Assembly: GCA_976551045.1 (NCBI GenBank)
Contig: CDPCPM010000369.1
Coordinates: 620,001 to 684,000, forward strand
From: Glaucostegus cemiculus
Lineage: Eukaryota
Length of the DNA stretch: 64,000 nucleotides
Direction of reading: 5' to 3'
In this document: in pieces, positions 51,486 through 63,916 of the stretch
How positions within the stretch are numbered: the first letter of the stretch is position 1
Layout: each line of letters begins with the position of its first letter
Made by a program: the position numbers and the translations under genes
The notes under the pieces: generated by a model
Databases searched by the model: none
What the model was told of the DNA's origin: nothing
Seen by the model: the letters and a program-made list of their open reading frames with translations, nothing else

Positions 51486-51950
51486 ATATGACATGTTTGC
51501 TGTTAATCAGTGGATAGAAGGGAACAAAAATCACACTGCATTCTTGTAACAACTGGCACGTGTGGAAACATTACGCTGTCATATCCCGGAAATTAAGCCA
51601 CTCACAGAAAGTTCACGGACGGTGCTTGCAACAACTCTCCCAGCAAAATAATGACCCAGCTTCTCCATCGTCAGTGGTTCTTCTGCAGTAATTGGGGGTT
51701 TTATTTCCAATTCAATTCACTGCTTCCTGTTAACCAGCTCACATATCATCACAATCTACAAACTGCAACCATTTACTGTGCCACACTATAAATCCTGGAA
51801 AGGTATGGGTTAAGCCTGAACATATATAGGAGTCAACAATAAACCTACTGGCACCAGGAACCATGAATAAGGTACAATATAAAGATAAAGTAGGAAGCTT
51901 GAATGGACATTTTAATCCAGTGCTGCCAGAACCCACATACCAGGAAGCAT

Positions 51951-52172
51951 TTGGGATGGCACCAGTGTGAAGCGGTCAGTGATAGGGGATGGTCACTGAT
52001 GTGGAACGATCTCTGGTGTGGGACAGTCAGTGGTGTGGATCAGTCAGTGGTGTGGTCACTGGTGTGGGATGGTTAGTAGTGTGGGATAGTCAGTGATAGG
52101 GAACAGTCAGATGCGCGGGATGGTCACTAGTGTGGGATGGTCACTGGGACGGTCACTGATGTGGGACGTCAC
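51951..52172. repeat. Degenerate ~18-bp minisatellite, about 12 copies
   Basis: Consensus approximately ggtcactggtgtgggatg/c. Confidence 0.85.
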
Positions 52173-52427
52173 CCACAGCCCACATGAGTGGACCATTCCA
52201 TGAACTTCTGGCTGATGAAATTTCTTCTGACCTCTGTCCTGAATGGCTGACACCTTACTTTGAGATGTTGATCTCTGTTTCTAGACAGTCCAGCCAAAGG
52301 AAAAAAAACCCTTAAGAATTTTATGCTTCAATGAGGTCGCCTCTCCTTCCTCTAAACTCCAGAGAGTATATACTTCATCTGCTTAATCTCTCTTCATACA
52401 ACAGACCCAGCCCTCCCAGAAATCAGA

Positions 52428-52972
52428 AGAAACAAAGGACTGCAGATGCTGGAATCTAGACGAAAAACATGATGATGCTGGAGGAACTCAGCAGGCTGGG
52501 CAGCATCCGTGGGGAAAAGCAGGCAGTCAACATTTCGGGTCAGGACCCTTCCTCAGGACTGAAGATAGGAAATGTGGGAAGCCCAATATATAGGAGAGAA
52601 AAACAGAGCAGTGATAGGGAGATGAAAGAGGGGAAGTGGGGTGGGCACAGGGTGGTGATAGGTAGATGCAGGTAAGAGATAGTGATAGGCAGGTGCAGGG
52701 GAGGAGGGGAGAGCAGATCCACCGGGGGATGGGTCAAAGGTGAGGAAGCAGGTGCCCCATGGGGGAGGGGAGGACAGAAAAAAAGTAGGTGAGGATAAAA
52801 AAGATAGGCTAAGAAAGGGAAGAAAAGGCATCTGGGGGTGGGGAGGGGGTTGTTTACTTGAAGTGTGAGAATTTGATGTTCATGCCATTAGGCTGTAAGG
52901 TCCCATCTTTGGGACAAAGGACTGCAGATGCTGGAATCTAGATGAAAAAACAATGAGATGCTGGAGGAACTC
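52428..52972 (-). mobile_element. Penelope-like element 3' fragment with partial tandem (pseudo-LTR) repeat
   Basis: Minus-strand GTLQPNGMNIKFSHFK* (typical C-terminus after GIY-YIG) at ~52855-52905; acaaaggactgcagatgctggaatctaga directly repeated at ~52432 and ~52914. Confidence 0.85.
52524..52561 (-). ncRNA. Minimal type I hammerhead ribozyme motif
   Basis: Minus strand CAGTC-CTGAGGA-A-GGGTC-CT-GACCC-GAAA-TGTT-GACTG: stem I CAGTC/GACTG, stem II GGGT/ACCC; helix III altered, apparently by CpG decay. Confidence 0.7.
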
Positions 52973-53044
52973 CAACTGAAAGTGATCCATGTGTTCCTGC
53001 TCTCTGTTTCTGTCTGTTATCCAATCCTTAATCTAGAATATTAC

Positions 53045-54330
53045 ATTAGACCCACCATCAGCTCCAGTGAGACAAACTATGTGCAGATCAAAAGGAGGCT
53101 GTAGCTCATTAAAAAAAGTTAATTCTTTGGGTTATTCAATGTCAGGAGTTCCTCCGTGGCAGGCACTTCACTCTGGAGTTGACCATTGTGATGATGGCAG
53201 CTGCTCAACTGCAACAGTGGGTGGTCCTGCTATTGTACATGGACTCTTCCATTGAGCATTGCACACCGCGGCGGGATGTACAGCAGCGGACCCTGCCGCT
53301 ACTGCCTCATGAGAGCAAATGGATAATTTGAAACAGGGCATTCTTCCACCTTCAATTGTTGTTGGCCAGAGATTGCCATGGCCACCTGTACAGATGTTCT
53401 TTCAAGGCAGAGGTATAAGAATACTTTGCCCATTGTTGGAAAGAATTGCAGATGGGAGTGAGCAAGGAGACCATATCCATCTGGAGAAGACAACACGAAA
53501 TGTTACCTGAAATGGGGCATATATACTGATGGATGTCTGTGCCCAGCAAGTGGGAATTCTCTCCATGGTCATGGTGGCCAGAGATTATGTGTACAGGCCT
53601 GGGATTGAACAGGACATTGAAGATCTGGTGAAGTCCTGATCAATTTGAGGCCAGCACACATAATGGGCCACAATGATGCAAACATGGAGCTAACTGGCTG
53701 CTTCTTTCCCAAGGGCGCACATTGCTTACCCTTAGTCTGGGCGATGCAGGCACTCTGAGCTCTGTTTTTGCAATGTGGCCTCCTGAGGAGCTGATTTCCA
53801 ACAATGGTCTGCAGTTTTGGTTAGCATAGTTTAGCACATTTATTGCTCTAATGGAATCAAGCAAAGCTTAATGTCCCCATGTCATCTAGAATGTAATAAT
53901 TAATTGGCAAGGTGAGATAAATGTGAAGATACCTATTATGGCACAGAAGGAGGACCTTCAGCCTATCAGGTCCATGCTGGCTCCCAGCAGAGTAATCCTG
54001 TCTTCCGTCTCCTTATTTTCCCTGTAGCCCATTCTCTCTCACATACCTATTATGGCACAGAAGGAGGACATTCAGCCTATCAGGTCCATGCTGGCTCCCA
54101 GCAGAGTAATCCTGTCTTCCGTCTCCTTATTTTCCCTGTAGCCCATTCTCTCTCACATACTATTTTGATTATTTTGACCACTAACCACTACACCACTCAC
54201 TGCAACCCATGGTAAAGTAACAGTGGCTGAACAGAGTCTCCAAACAATCCAGGAACCATCAAATCTTTTTATCTACAATACCACCCATCATTCTCCCATA
54301 GATATTCTGGGCCAAGATATTCAAAGGTTC
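53045..54330 (+). mobile_element. Heavily decayed Ty3/Gypsy pol relic (RNase H, integrase)
   Basis: SSSETNYVQIK; QEFLRGRHFTL; MAAAQLQQWVVLL; GILSMVMVARDYVYRPGIEQDIEDLVKS*SI*; PEELISNNGLQF; SNGIKQSLMSPCHL. Confidence 0.8.
53929..54160. repeat. 114-bp direct tandem duplication
   Basis: Units start at 53929 and 54043; one mismatch seen (gaccttc vs gacattc). Confidence 0.97.
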
Positions 54331-55889
54331 AGCACAGTCTAACTGGAGAGGACAATTGGAGGAAAAGAAGAGGAGACAGAGGAGGTGGGACAAGTCATAA
54401 GGCTGGGAGAGAACGGTCAAGAGAGATATTATCGGGGGCTGCCAGAGTATTGAGGATTGTCATGCTGGAGCTGTAGAAACATTGTAGAAGGACAGAGAGC
54501 CAGGAACTATGCGGTAGAGATGAGAGATTGAAGACGAAAAGTTCATCTTGATAAATTAATACATGCAAATGACACACAAGATGGCGATCGAGAATTGTGC
54601 TACAAGATGAGAATGGATTTGAAATGCGGATGGCTCTTAGGTGCAGCTAGTACTGGAGAGGATATGAATTAGGGGTACAGGAGATGACACACTTTACGTG
54701 GGGAGATGACCCTGTAGGTGCGTGGGTTCCTGCCAGCTTAGACTTTACAAGTTAGATCCAAATTTCACTTGGAGCTGAGGTATATTAAATTTCCCTTAGA
54801 CATCCAAACAAAATACGAAACAATACCTCCATAATCAGCAAAGCTCAGCGCTAGTATCAGTGTTCCCACTACTGACTTTTCTTGCTGTGTTCTGTTGATC
54901 AAATTCTGTCATCTCAGATGTTCCTAAACTTTCCTTCACTCCACTTAAATTCTCCTCAGTTACCAATCTGCAGTCTTTATGAGGAATTTGTGTGATCAAT
55001 CAAAATTACTCTGTGCTGTAATCCCTGATCACTATTGGATTGTTTGTGCTTTTTAATGCTATATTCACACCTGATTCCCACAGTTTTCCTGCAGTCCTCT
55101 GATCTTATGTCATTCCACCCATGCCTCCATCAAATTTATGAAAATACAATCTTAGTCTGACTCATATTTTTTCAGAATCTTTCAAAATAACAAACAAGCA
55201 ATTGATTACATTAAAGGCTCTTTCATAGAAAGGCCACTTTAACAAAGAGACATTTACACATTTGCTCAATCTGCAGCAACAAGTGCAAAGATTCCTATCA
55301 TAGTGAACAAAAACACCTGAATCTGCGTGGTTCACATAAACTGTTCTTTAACCCATAATTTACTTTGCCAAGCTTCTCTTCATGACTTATGATTAGTATT
55401 TTTTCAAGGATGAGGAGGAGCTTGTTTGATACTACAGTCTACAGAACTGAAGACACCTGGAGTGGACACTTCAAGGATCACAAATACAACTTTGCAGTTG
55501 ATTTTGGTCAAGAAATCTTAATGGTCAAGAAAACCAGTAATCAATTGAATTCATAATTGGTTGTACCTCTGCTCAGAAGTAAATATGTCATATTCTGTAT
55601 AAACTCATTTCTGTAAATAATTGATGGTGTGTGTATTTTTTTTCATTTCAAGGTGTAGTGTAGTTAAGTGTATAGGTACCTTTAAGACTTGAGTGTACCT
55701 CGTGGTATGACCTTGAAACATTCTTGTATTGTATCAGACACTGCTTTTCAGCTGAGAGTCACTGCTGTCAATAAGCACATTCTGTTTACAGCTCTATCTC
55801 TGTCTAATCGCCTTGCTTGCAGCAAGACAAAGAAATCCACTGGCCCTACAGGGGAGCTCTCAATGCCTGACACTCAGGGTGTTGAGGAA

Positions 55890-56740
55890 CATATAAGGCA
55901 GGATAAAGCAAAAAAAAGGAAAGCTTATTTCAGCTCCACCATGGAGAGCACAGAGGGAACGGAACATGCAGGAGTGAAATTAGAAAAGAAATTAGGGACA
56001 TAAAAAGAAGCAATGAAGAAATATTGGCAGATAAAATGAAGGAAAATCCTCAGATGTTCAATAAATATGTAAAAGGAAAGGGTTTTGAAAGAAAAGAATG
56101 AGTGTGATTAGAAACGACAGGAGCAGGCTGGGTGTGAGGCTGGGGATGTGTCAGGCATGTGTCACTCTGCACCCGTGTTCATAGAAGACGGATGGCTACA
56201 CAAGACATTAAGGAGGAGGGATGTTGGAAATGATAAACATGGAGAATATGTTAAAGAGCCTGGCAAGTTGAGCCACGAATAAAACCCCAGGCCTGGATAA
56301 AATGTGTCCCAAGCTCATAAAAGGACCAAGGGAGGAAATGGCACAGGCTCCAGCTGTCCTGTCCCAAAGCTTTTGGTTTCAGTTGTGGTGCCAGCGGACT
56401 GGAAGACTGCTGATGTGGTGCCATTGTTTAAAAGGGGAGAGAGATGGTGGAGTAACTGCAGGCAGTCAATCTGACAGTGGCAGTGTACAAACTGTTGGGA
56501 GAGTTCTGTGGGATGACATAAATCAGCATTTAGGGAGGCCTGCATTAATCAGGAGAGTCAGCAGGGATTTAACAGGGAAGGTGTGTGTGTGGGGAGGGGA
56601 GAAGGACTGTGGTTAAGGGCACAGCACTTGATGTGATGCACATGGACTTCAGCCAGGCATTAGACAAAGTCCCACGTGGCAGATTGATGAAGGAAGTAAA
56701 AGTTCCAGAGGTGCAAGGGAACGTGGCGGGTTGTATAACA
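55890..56740 (+). mobile_element. Old CR1 ORF2 fragment
   Basis: KENPQMFNKYVKGK; LDVMHMDFSQALDKVPRGRLMKEV. Confidence 0.8.
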
Positions 56741-59700
56741 CATTTTCTATCTATGAAACTCATTGAAAAGAAGTTTTGGCACATTCTCAGGAAGTGACTT
56801 CCTTATAGTAAACTCCCATTCCGAACAACCATTCCTGCCGCCTCCAGAATGCTCAGCCTTGTCCTCTCGTACTGCCGATCAGTGACCTTCAAAGTGCCAG
56901 CACCCATATAGCTCCTGTCAAAGGGCAGGTTTGCTCCATTTACAGATCCCCAACACACAGTTAATTCGCTCTCTTGACAAAGAACTTGTGTATTCCTACT
57001 ATAGGATCACAGAACTGTACAGCACAGAAACGGGCCCTTCAGCCCACCTCGCCCATGCCGACCGTGATGCCTGTCTACATGAATCCCATTTGCCTACATT
57101 AGGTCCAGATCCCTCTGCAGGGTTTCAGATTGCAGACCCCATACCAAACCCAGGAAGGAGAACACACTCAAAATAAACTTAAAAAGAACAGATGTTACAC
57201 TTCCACCTGAAGCCACCTCGGACACAATGTGCCAGAGTGGGAGAGCTAACCAGGAGGATAGTATTATGAATCAGAGTAAACTCTGCAAGCAGCTATGAAC
57301 TACTCTTTTAGATTAACATTGCCTTTTAGTTCTGTTCTTTTTGGGGAGAGAATTCAAACATTTAGCTTGTTCTAGTGATGCATTATCATATCTCAGCTAG
57401 AACCACCAGGGTTGACAATTCCATGTAGATGGAGAATTGCTCTGTTTTGCAAACAACTCTTAGTGTCACATTATTCATCTGACAGACAAAGAGGACCACA
57501 TGCTATCTGCAATCTTTATATATTTTGTCTAGTATTTCCTATAAATGTTCAGTGATGCAGAAGCAGTGTTGACATCCAGGATCTCCCAACACTGTTCAGA
57601 GAAGACATCAATGCTGCTCAAATCTTAATCAATTACTGAAAGCTGTTTTCACCTTCAGGGCCAATTTCAATAATCTCTGCCTTTAAATTTAACTATTAAG
57701 AGAACACAGGTTTATTGGTGCACAACATTCCATTGTTATACTAAAATTATCCGCTAACAGAATACTTAGAATCATACCAGATTCTGCGTGGGATTGACAG
57801 GATACATACTGAGATACTGTTTCATCTCCATAGAGAGACCAGAACCAGGTCACAATTTCAAGATAAAGGGAGCACTGATGTGAGGAGAAACCCTCAGTCA
57901 GAGGGTAGTGAAGCTTTGGACAGGGTTGAGGCCAGTAGTTTTTTTGAGCACCAAGGAAAGCAAGGAATCTGGGTATCAGGAGAGCAACTCAACTTACTGA
58001 ATAGCAGAGCAGGTTTGAGAAGATGAGTGATGAACTCTTTCATGTTTTTTATTAAAATGCTGAAGACTATAGAATGTATAACCAAAACTGAGATAACCTT
58101 TTATCTCTTTGAGTTATAAGTAGCATTTCCTTTAGATGGGTTTTCTAAGTAGAATGGATTAATCTATCCACCCATATGGCAAAGTCTTAACATCTAAAAC
58201 AAAAACAAAAATCACAATTTTTTTTAAACAAGAGACCGCTGGAAATATTCAGCAGAACAAGCAGCAGCACCTGGTAAGAGAAACAGGGGTATAATGTTTT
58301 AGGTCAAATCCTTTTCTCAAACCTGGGAAAAACTAATGATAACACATCTGTTAAGATGCATAGAAAGAGGGAGGGCAGTGGAGAAAACAGGGAAGGTCCA
58401 TGATAGGACGAAAGGAAGGGGGAATCAAATGGAAAAAGGGATGAAGGTGCATAGCGAAAGAGGGTGATAAAGGGACAAGTGAAAAATATCTGGAAGAGTG
58501 TAGAGGAGAAATGGAGAATCATTGCCTGAACCTCCATAGCCCTCTTGGGTAGAGAATTCCAAAGATTCACAAATCTCTGGGTGAAGTAAATTCTTCTCAT
58601 CTCAGCCCTGAATGTCAAACACTTATCTTGAGTCTGTGACCCCTGGTTCTATACACCCCAACCAGGGGAAATATCCCTGTTTCAACCTATCCAGCCCCAT
58701 AATAATTTTTCTGCTTCAATGACCTGCATTCTCTATTTGAGTTTCAGATATCTAGCACTTGCAGTCTTTTGCTTTCTGAGTGAAGCTGAGTATTTGACAT
58801 AAACAATTGGTCAAAGTAGCAGCAAGTGAAAAACAGTATCCATTTCATTTAAACAGGTCATGATCCAGCAAAGGAATCAGAATAAAATCCTAACTGGTTG
58901 TTTGTTCTGGATAATTAAAGCCAGTTTGTTACTTAAAGGGGTCCTTCAGCAACGTATATACAATATAATTAGAAGCGTGTTACGAGAAAAGGGTTTGAAC
59001 TGTAAGCTGCCCAAGGTAATTACTTCAGCATGGAGCAGTTGGGCCAAAGGGCCTGATTCCCTACTGTATGACTTGATAACTCTACTTCTTCTGAAGCTGC
59101 TAAAATCTCACACACTTTTAATTCCAAGATAGTACTGGGGAGGAGACAATTCTGTAATAATAATTGTTGTTGAAAAAGGCAGAAGATAATGACCAGAAGC
59201 AGTTCAGGGAAACTAGACAGTTACATCTATTCCATATTCTGAGTGTTATCATTCAGTGGAACTGAAGTGCACAAGGAACGATATCCTTCACTGAAACACT
59301 CACAGAAACGGAGCAGGGGCCTACACACCTCCATTCTCCGAGAGATGAGTGCATCACTCTCACTTAACCACAAACTGTCCAGTGATCTCTCAACTTTAAA
59401 GTTATTTATAACAAAAATGAGTCATAATTACAAGCAGGCCAGTAAATTCACATCCGTGCATTGCTGTTCTCTCTGCTGCTCCTGCTTAGACACATGCACA
59501 TCCCCCACTGACACTGCCCTCAGTTCATGTCCCCAGCCTGTAGACTAAGCATGGTACATACTGCAGAATATTCTACCTATCATACATAATAGGAGAGAGC
59601 AGCTGAATGTAGATAACAGCAACTCTGTCAGAGGAATGCAATGATTCTGCTACTCTCCCTGAAGCCCTGGTGTGTGTAAATTTTCCACATTATTATCACA

Positions 59701-61292
59701 TAAATGTCCAGATGTAATTAAACTAAAATCTAAACTGAGAATACTGGAAATACCAACATTCACTTTTTACTTCCAATCTCTGGCATCTGCAGTATTTTAT
59801 TTCTATTGCTAAGTTAACCTGCACACTGCCAGGGACGACAGCCAGCACCAACACGTGACCCTATGATTCCATTCATATTGCCAACTTGTCCTACATTGGT
59901 AACACAGCCAGTGGCACAGTGGTCACATAACCCGTCTCATTACCTGTCAACTCAGCACAACCTACGATGTCATCTGTTGCACAACCCACAGTTCACTAAA
60001 CCACATGCACTCAGTCTGTTTGAATGGAGACTGCCTCTGCTGCCATGGTTCATGCACACAGGTTACCCCAGATTCTTACAAACATAAAGATGCTGATATA
60101 TCAGCCTGGTGATAGTTTGAAGACTGTATGTTTGATCAGTGAGTGTAAACTGCCCTGCCTGTTTCAGTCATTTATATAGCAGCTCAACACAGTTTTCAGT
60201 GAAGTCTCAGGCACAGCTATTTAAACGGTGCACTTTCCTGGTCTCTTGTTACTACAGGAGAAGTCTGTCCAACTGCATCCTGCAGATTATATATCATTCT
60301 GTAGCAATAAAGATCACCATTTGTCTGTGTAAAGGGTTGTCATTGGATTGAACTTTCTACCAACTGTCAAAATCCTGTAGTGATGAATTTGCTCAAAATT
60401 ATTGATTAAATGAAGATATGTGAGAAAGACATCAAAATGTGAATGACACTATGTCACTTTAATACAGAGTGTAGCTACCACATTCAGACCACATCCAGGC
60501 ATGGATTCTCACTTCAACATCTGTATTTTTTGAAACCCATTTGTGTTTCTGTCATGCTGGATCAATCTCCCTTAGTGAGGGTATGTTTCTCTCGATCAGT
60601 ATTCCCGTACTCAGGGATCTTTCTATCTCCTTCTTTATATCAGTTTTAATTATCATTATGTGAGGTTTCTTTTTGTTTCACCAGTGGTAATTCTTGAGAA
60701 AAGAAAATCTGTTCATCACAAATCAAAGTAAGGTGTCCAGTTCCAATAAAATCTGCAAGGAATTTGCTCGCATACAATTACCTTTCACTGAGTTAATCTT
60801 TGCTCTGGTGCAGTGAAGAAAAGTGAAAGCTAAGAGCCAATCTGAGGTTCAAAATTAATGCAAATAAGCTAATGAATGTAACATATTCAATTAAGTGAAT
60901 TGCATTTAAACCAAAGAAATTTAACTCAAGGTACTTAAGGGGGAAGGAAATGTGCGGAGGTTTGTTGTGACTTTTATATGGAATAGATGTTGCTCAGCTG
61001 CAACACCAGGTGATTAAGTTGAGGTCTGAACTGATGTGATGAGATGTATTGAAGCAGTGTAATTAACAGTGGCATATTCTAAAGTGAGGACATAGTGAAT
61101 GGCGTTTTGTTTTGGCGATGCAGAAATGTTCCAAATTATTTAAAAGCTGGCCACATTCAGAGACGGGCAGCTTCTAACTGATTTATATGTGAATCAATTG
61201 TACCATGTGGGAAAGGAACATCTGATGACCGTTTGTTGATCATGCAATGATTTCTCTTAATATCCACCGATTTATAATATCTATTTATCTTT

Positions 61293-61532
61293 AATAACTA
61301 CTTATTTATTTACCAGCCATTTTTAATTTAATCTGCATATTAATTTAATTTTAACTTCCGTAGTTTTTAATGTTTAATGTTTTTTAATGTTTATTCTGTT
61401 AAGTGTGTCTGTGTGTCTCTGTTGGTTGTTATTTAATGGGACAAGCACCTGAGGAGGACGGTATCTCGCTCCTATGCATACTATGTATGTATATGGTTGT
61501 GACAATAAAACTGATTCTGATTCTGATTCTGA
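61293..61532 (+). mobile_element. 3' UTR of the young Rex family
   Basis: Near-identical to 39270-39496 and 50628-50872. Confidence 0.93.
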
Positions 61533-61613
61533 TTATTACTGGCATACCTTTCTAATCCTGATGAAACTGGGCAGATATCTGAGCATTAAACCATGGAATG
61601 ATGATAGTGCCAA

Positions 61614-61736
61614 TGACTGACTGTACATTGGCTGCACACTGAGTGTACACTGACTGGCTGTATACTGATGAGCTGAATATTGATTGGCAGCGTGCTGATT
61701 GGTTGTTTGCTGGTTGGCCCTATGCTGTCTGTACAT
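61614..61736. repeat. Degenerate 15-bp tandem repeat
   Basis: tgattggctgtatac-like units. Confidence 0.7.
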
Positions 61737-62799
61737 TCAGTATAAGAATTGGGGATACTTTTCAAGGAGAGTCACATTTTTAATGTAAGTAACAAAGCTC
61801 GCAGGATCAGAAAAGTGATAATGATCAGATAATCTGTTTTATTGATTCCATTGAGGAATAAATAGGCAGGATACCAGGGGAAATCTTTGAGGCAGTCTCG
61901 TGGAATCCTTTATAACATTTCACCACTGCCCCTTTCAAAGAGGCCCAACCCTCCCTACTGCCGCTGACTTTGCAGTGTTCCCTCACCACTTCCACTTTGA
62001 CAATGGGACACAACCTCACCGTTACTCCGCAGACACTGAGCACTCCCTCATTGCTGCCCCTTTGACAAGAGGATGCTCCCTCAGTTCTGCCCCTTAAGCA
62101 GTTTCTCCCAAAATAAGAAAATAGAAACAGTAACAGGAAAAGCCCATTCATGGCTGATCGAATCTTGGCCTCAACACCACCTTACTGCCCTTCCCTGTAC
62201 TCTTTCATTGCTTTGTTTTTCAAACATCAGTCAAGCCTGGAATGTATTCAATGTATCTGGCTCCACAGCTCTCTGGAGCACAGAATTCCAAAGAATCATA
62301 ACCCTTCAGAAGAAGAAATTCCACTTCAGGGAGACATGAAAGATCATTGACGCTGGAATATGGAGCAAAAAGCAAAGTGCTAGAGGAACTCAGTGGGTCC
62401 AGCAGCATCTGTGGAAGCAGAGGGATGAATCAAAATCAGAATCAGAATATGTTTTATTATCACTGATGTGAAATGTGTTGTTTTGCAGCAGCAGTACAGT
62501 GCAAAGACATAAAATTACTATAAATCACTAAATAAATAAATAGATAGATAGAGTGAAAAGGAGTAATGAGGTCAATGTTTCAGGTCGAGACTTTGCATCT
62601 GAACTGAGAGTGTAGAGGGAAGATAGCCAGTATAAAGAGCGTTCTCCACACTGCCCTTCTGACAGTGTGGCTCTTCCTCTGCACTGCTCCATCTATGCTG
62701 TGAGGACAGGTACATTGCACTGTACTCTCTCTGTACTGCCCCTCCCATGATACAGCACTGTCTCTGCATTGCCTCTCCCACAAGTGGGGGCAACAAGAA

Positions 62800-63470
62800 G
62801 ATTTGGATTCTTGTAGTGCAGAAGAAGATAACAGATGTACTGAGGGAGGGAACATGGGATGTTTTGAAAACAAGGAAGGGAAATTTAAAATGGAGGCATT
62901 GCTCGACCAAGCACCAATGTAGGTCAGTGAACATGGGTGGACAGGGCTTGGGTCACCTTGAACATGCAGGAGATGGGACAGGACTTGTTCCTCTTGAATG
63001 TGGGGGAGATGGAACAGGACTTGGTCATCTTGAACATGCAGGAGATTGGACTGGAACTGGTGTCATCTTGAACAAGTGGGAGATGGACAGGAACTGTGCT
63101 GTCTACAATATGGTCATCAGAAGTTGGATGAACTCAAGTCTATGAAGGGGGACATTGGGGAGAGACAGTTGGAGACTGGGATAGGCAGGTCCAGATGTGT
63201 AGGGTACAGATCCGAGCCGAGCCAGGGGTGGATTTGGCAGATGTTACACAGGTGGAAATGTGCAACCTTAATGGTGACACAGAAATGTGGTTTGTAACTC
63301 ATCTCAGGATCGTTATAGTTCAGCATAAAAGTAGGGAAAGGGAATGAAATCAGTGGCTTTGGTTTCCATTAGTTAGTTGGAGGACATTTCTGCTCAGCCA
63401 CTACTGGATATAACTCAAGCAGTTGGATAATTTAGAGAGAATGGAAGTGCTGAGAGAGGTGGGACTGGAT
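62800..63470 (-). mobile_element. L2 LINE RT C-terminal relic
   Basis: DLHWCLVEQCLHFKFPFLVFK (L2 LHWLP..RI.FK) and DPEMSYKPHF..IKVAHFHLCNI (L2 D..LSF..HI...AYFHLRNI). Confidence 0.75.
62931..63104. repeat. ~36-bp minisatellite inside L2, about 4.5 copies
   Basis: ggagatgggacaggacttggtcatcttgaacatgca-like units. Confidence 0.85.
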
Positions 63471-63805
63471 GGCCTATCTGAATCTGTTGCTGTGTTTGAA
63501 ACATTCCAACTTTAAATTCATTAGCTGTACACTCACAGAGTTTTCAGCCCAACTATGTGATGCCTGTTAAAGGTTTGTGCCTGGTTGTTGTACCAGGGCT
63601 GTTTGCTGCTGATTCCCTGAGATACCTAATGTGGGGAAACACTGCTTGTTGAACACAACACTTGGCATCAGGTCATTGTATCTGAGTTTATGCTATTCAC
63701 TGAAATTGCCAGAGCAGGAATATCACATTTGGGATCACTGCCCTTGGTGCCCAGATCTCTGATTGGTATTCATAGTTCTCTCCCAACAGACCAGGGTAAA
63801 TCATA

Positions 63806-63916
63806 AGATCCAAGATTGCTTTATTGTCATTGAGCCGTTGAGACAACAGAACGAGATTTCATTGGCACTCCCATGTCAGACAATAGGCACAGTACTTAAA
63901 TATTAAATAAATAGAG
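63806..63916 (-). mobile_element. Rex-like 3' tail
   Basis: aagatccaagattgctttattgtcat terminus (antisense atgacaataaa plus microsatellite). Confidence 0.5.

Noticed and set aside
55410-55556. 48-codon ORF MRRSLFDTTVYRTEDTWSGHFKDHKYNF...
   Set aside because: No recognisable homology or linked exons.
62747-63145. ORF with GLGHLEHAGDGT repeats
   Set aside because: By-product of a 36-bp minisatellite, antisense to an L2 relic.
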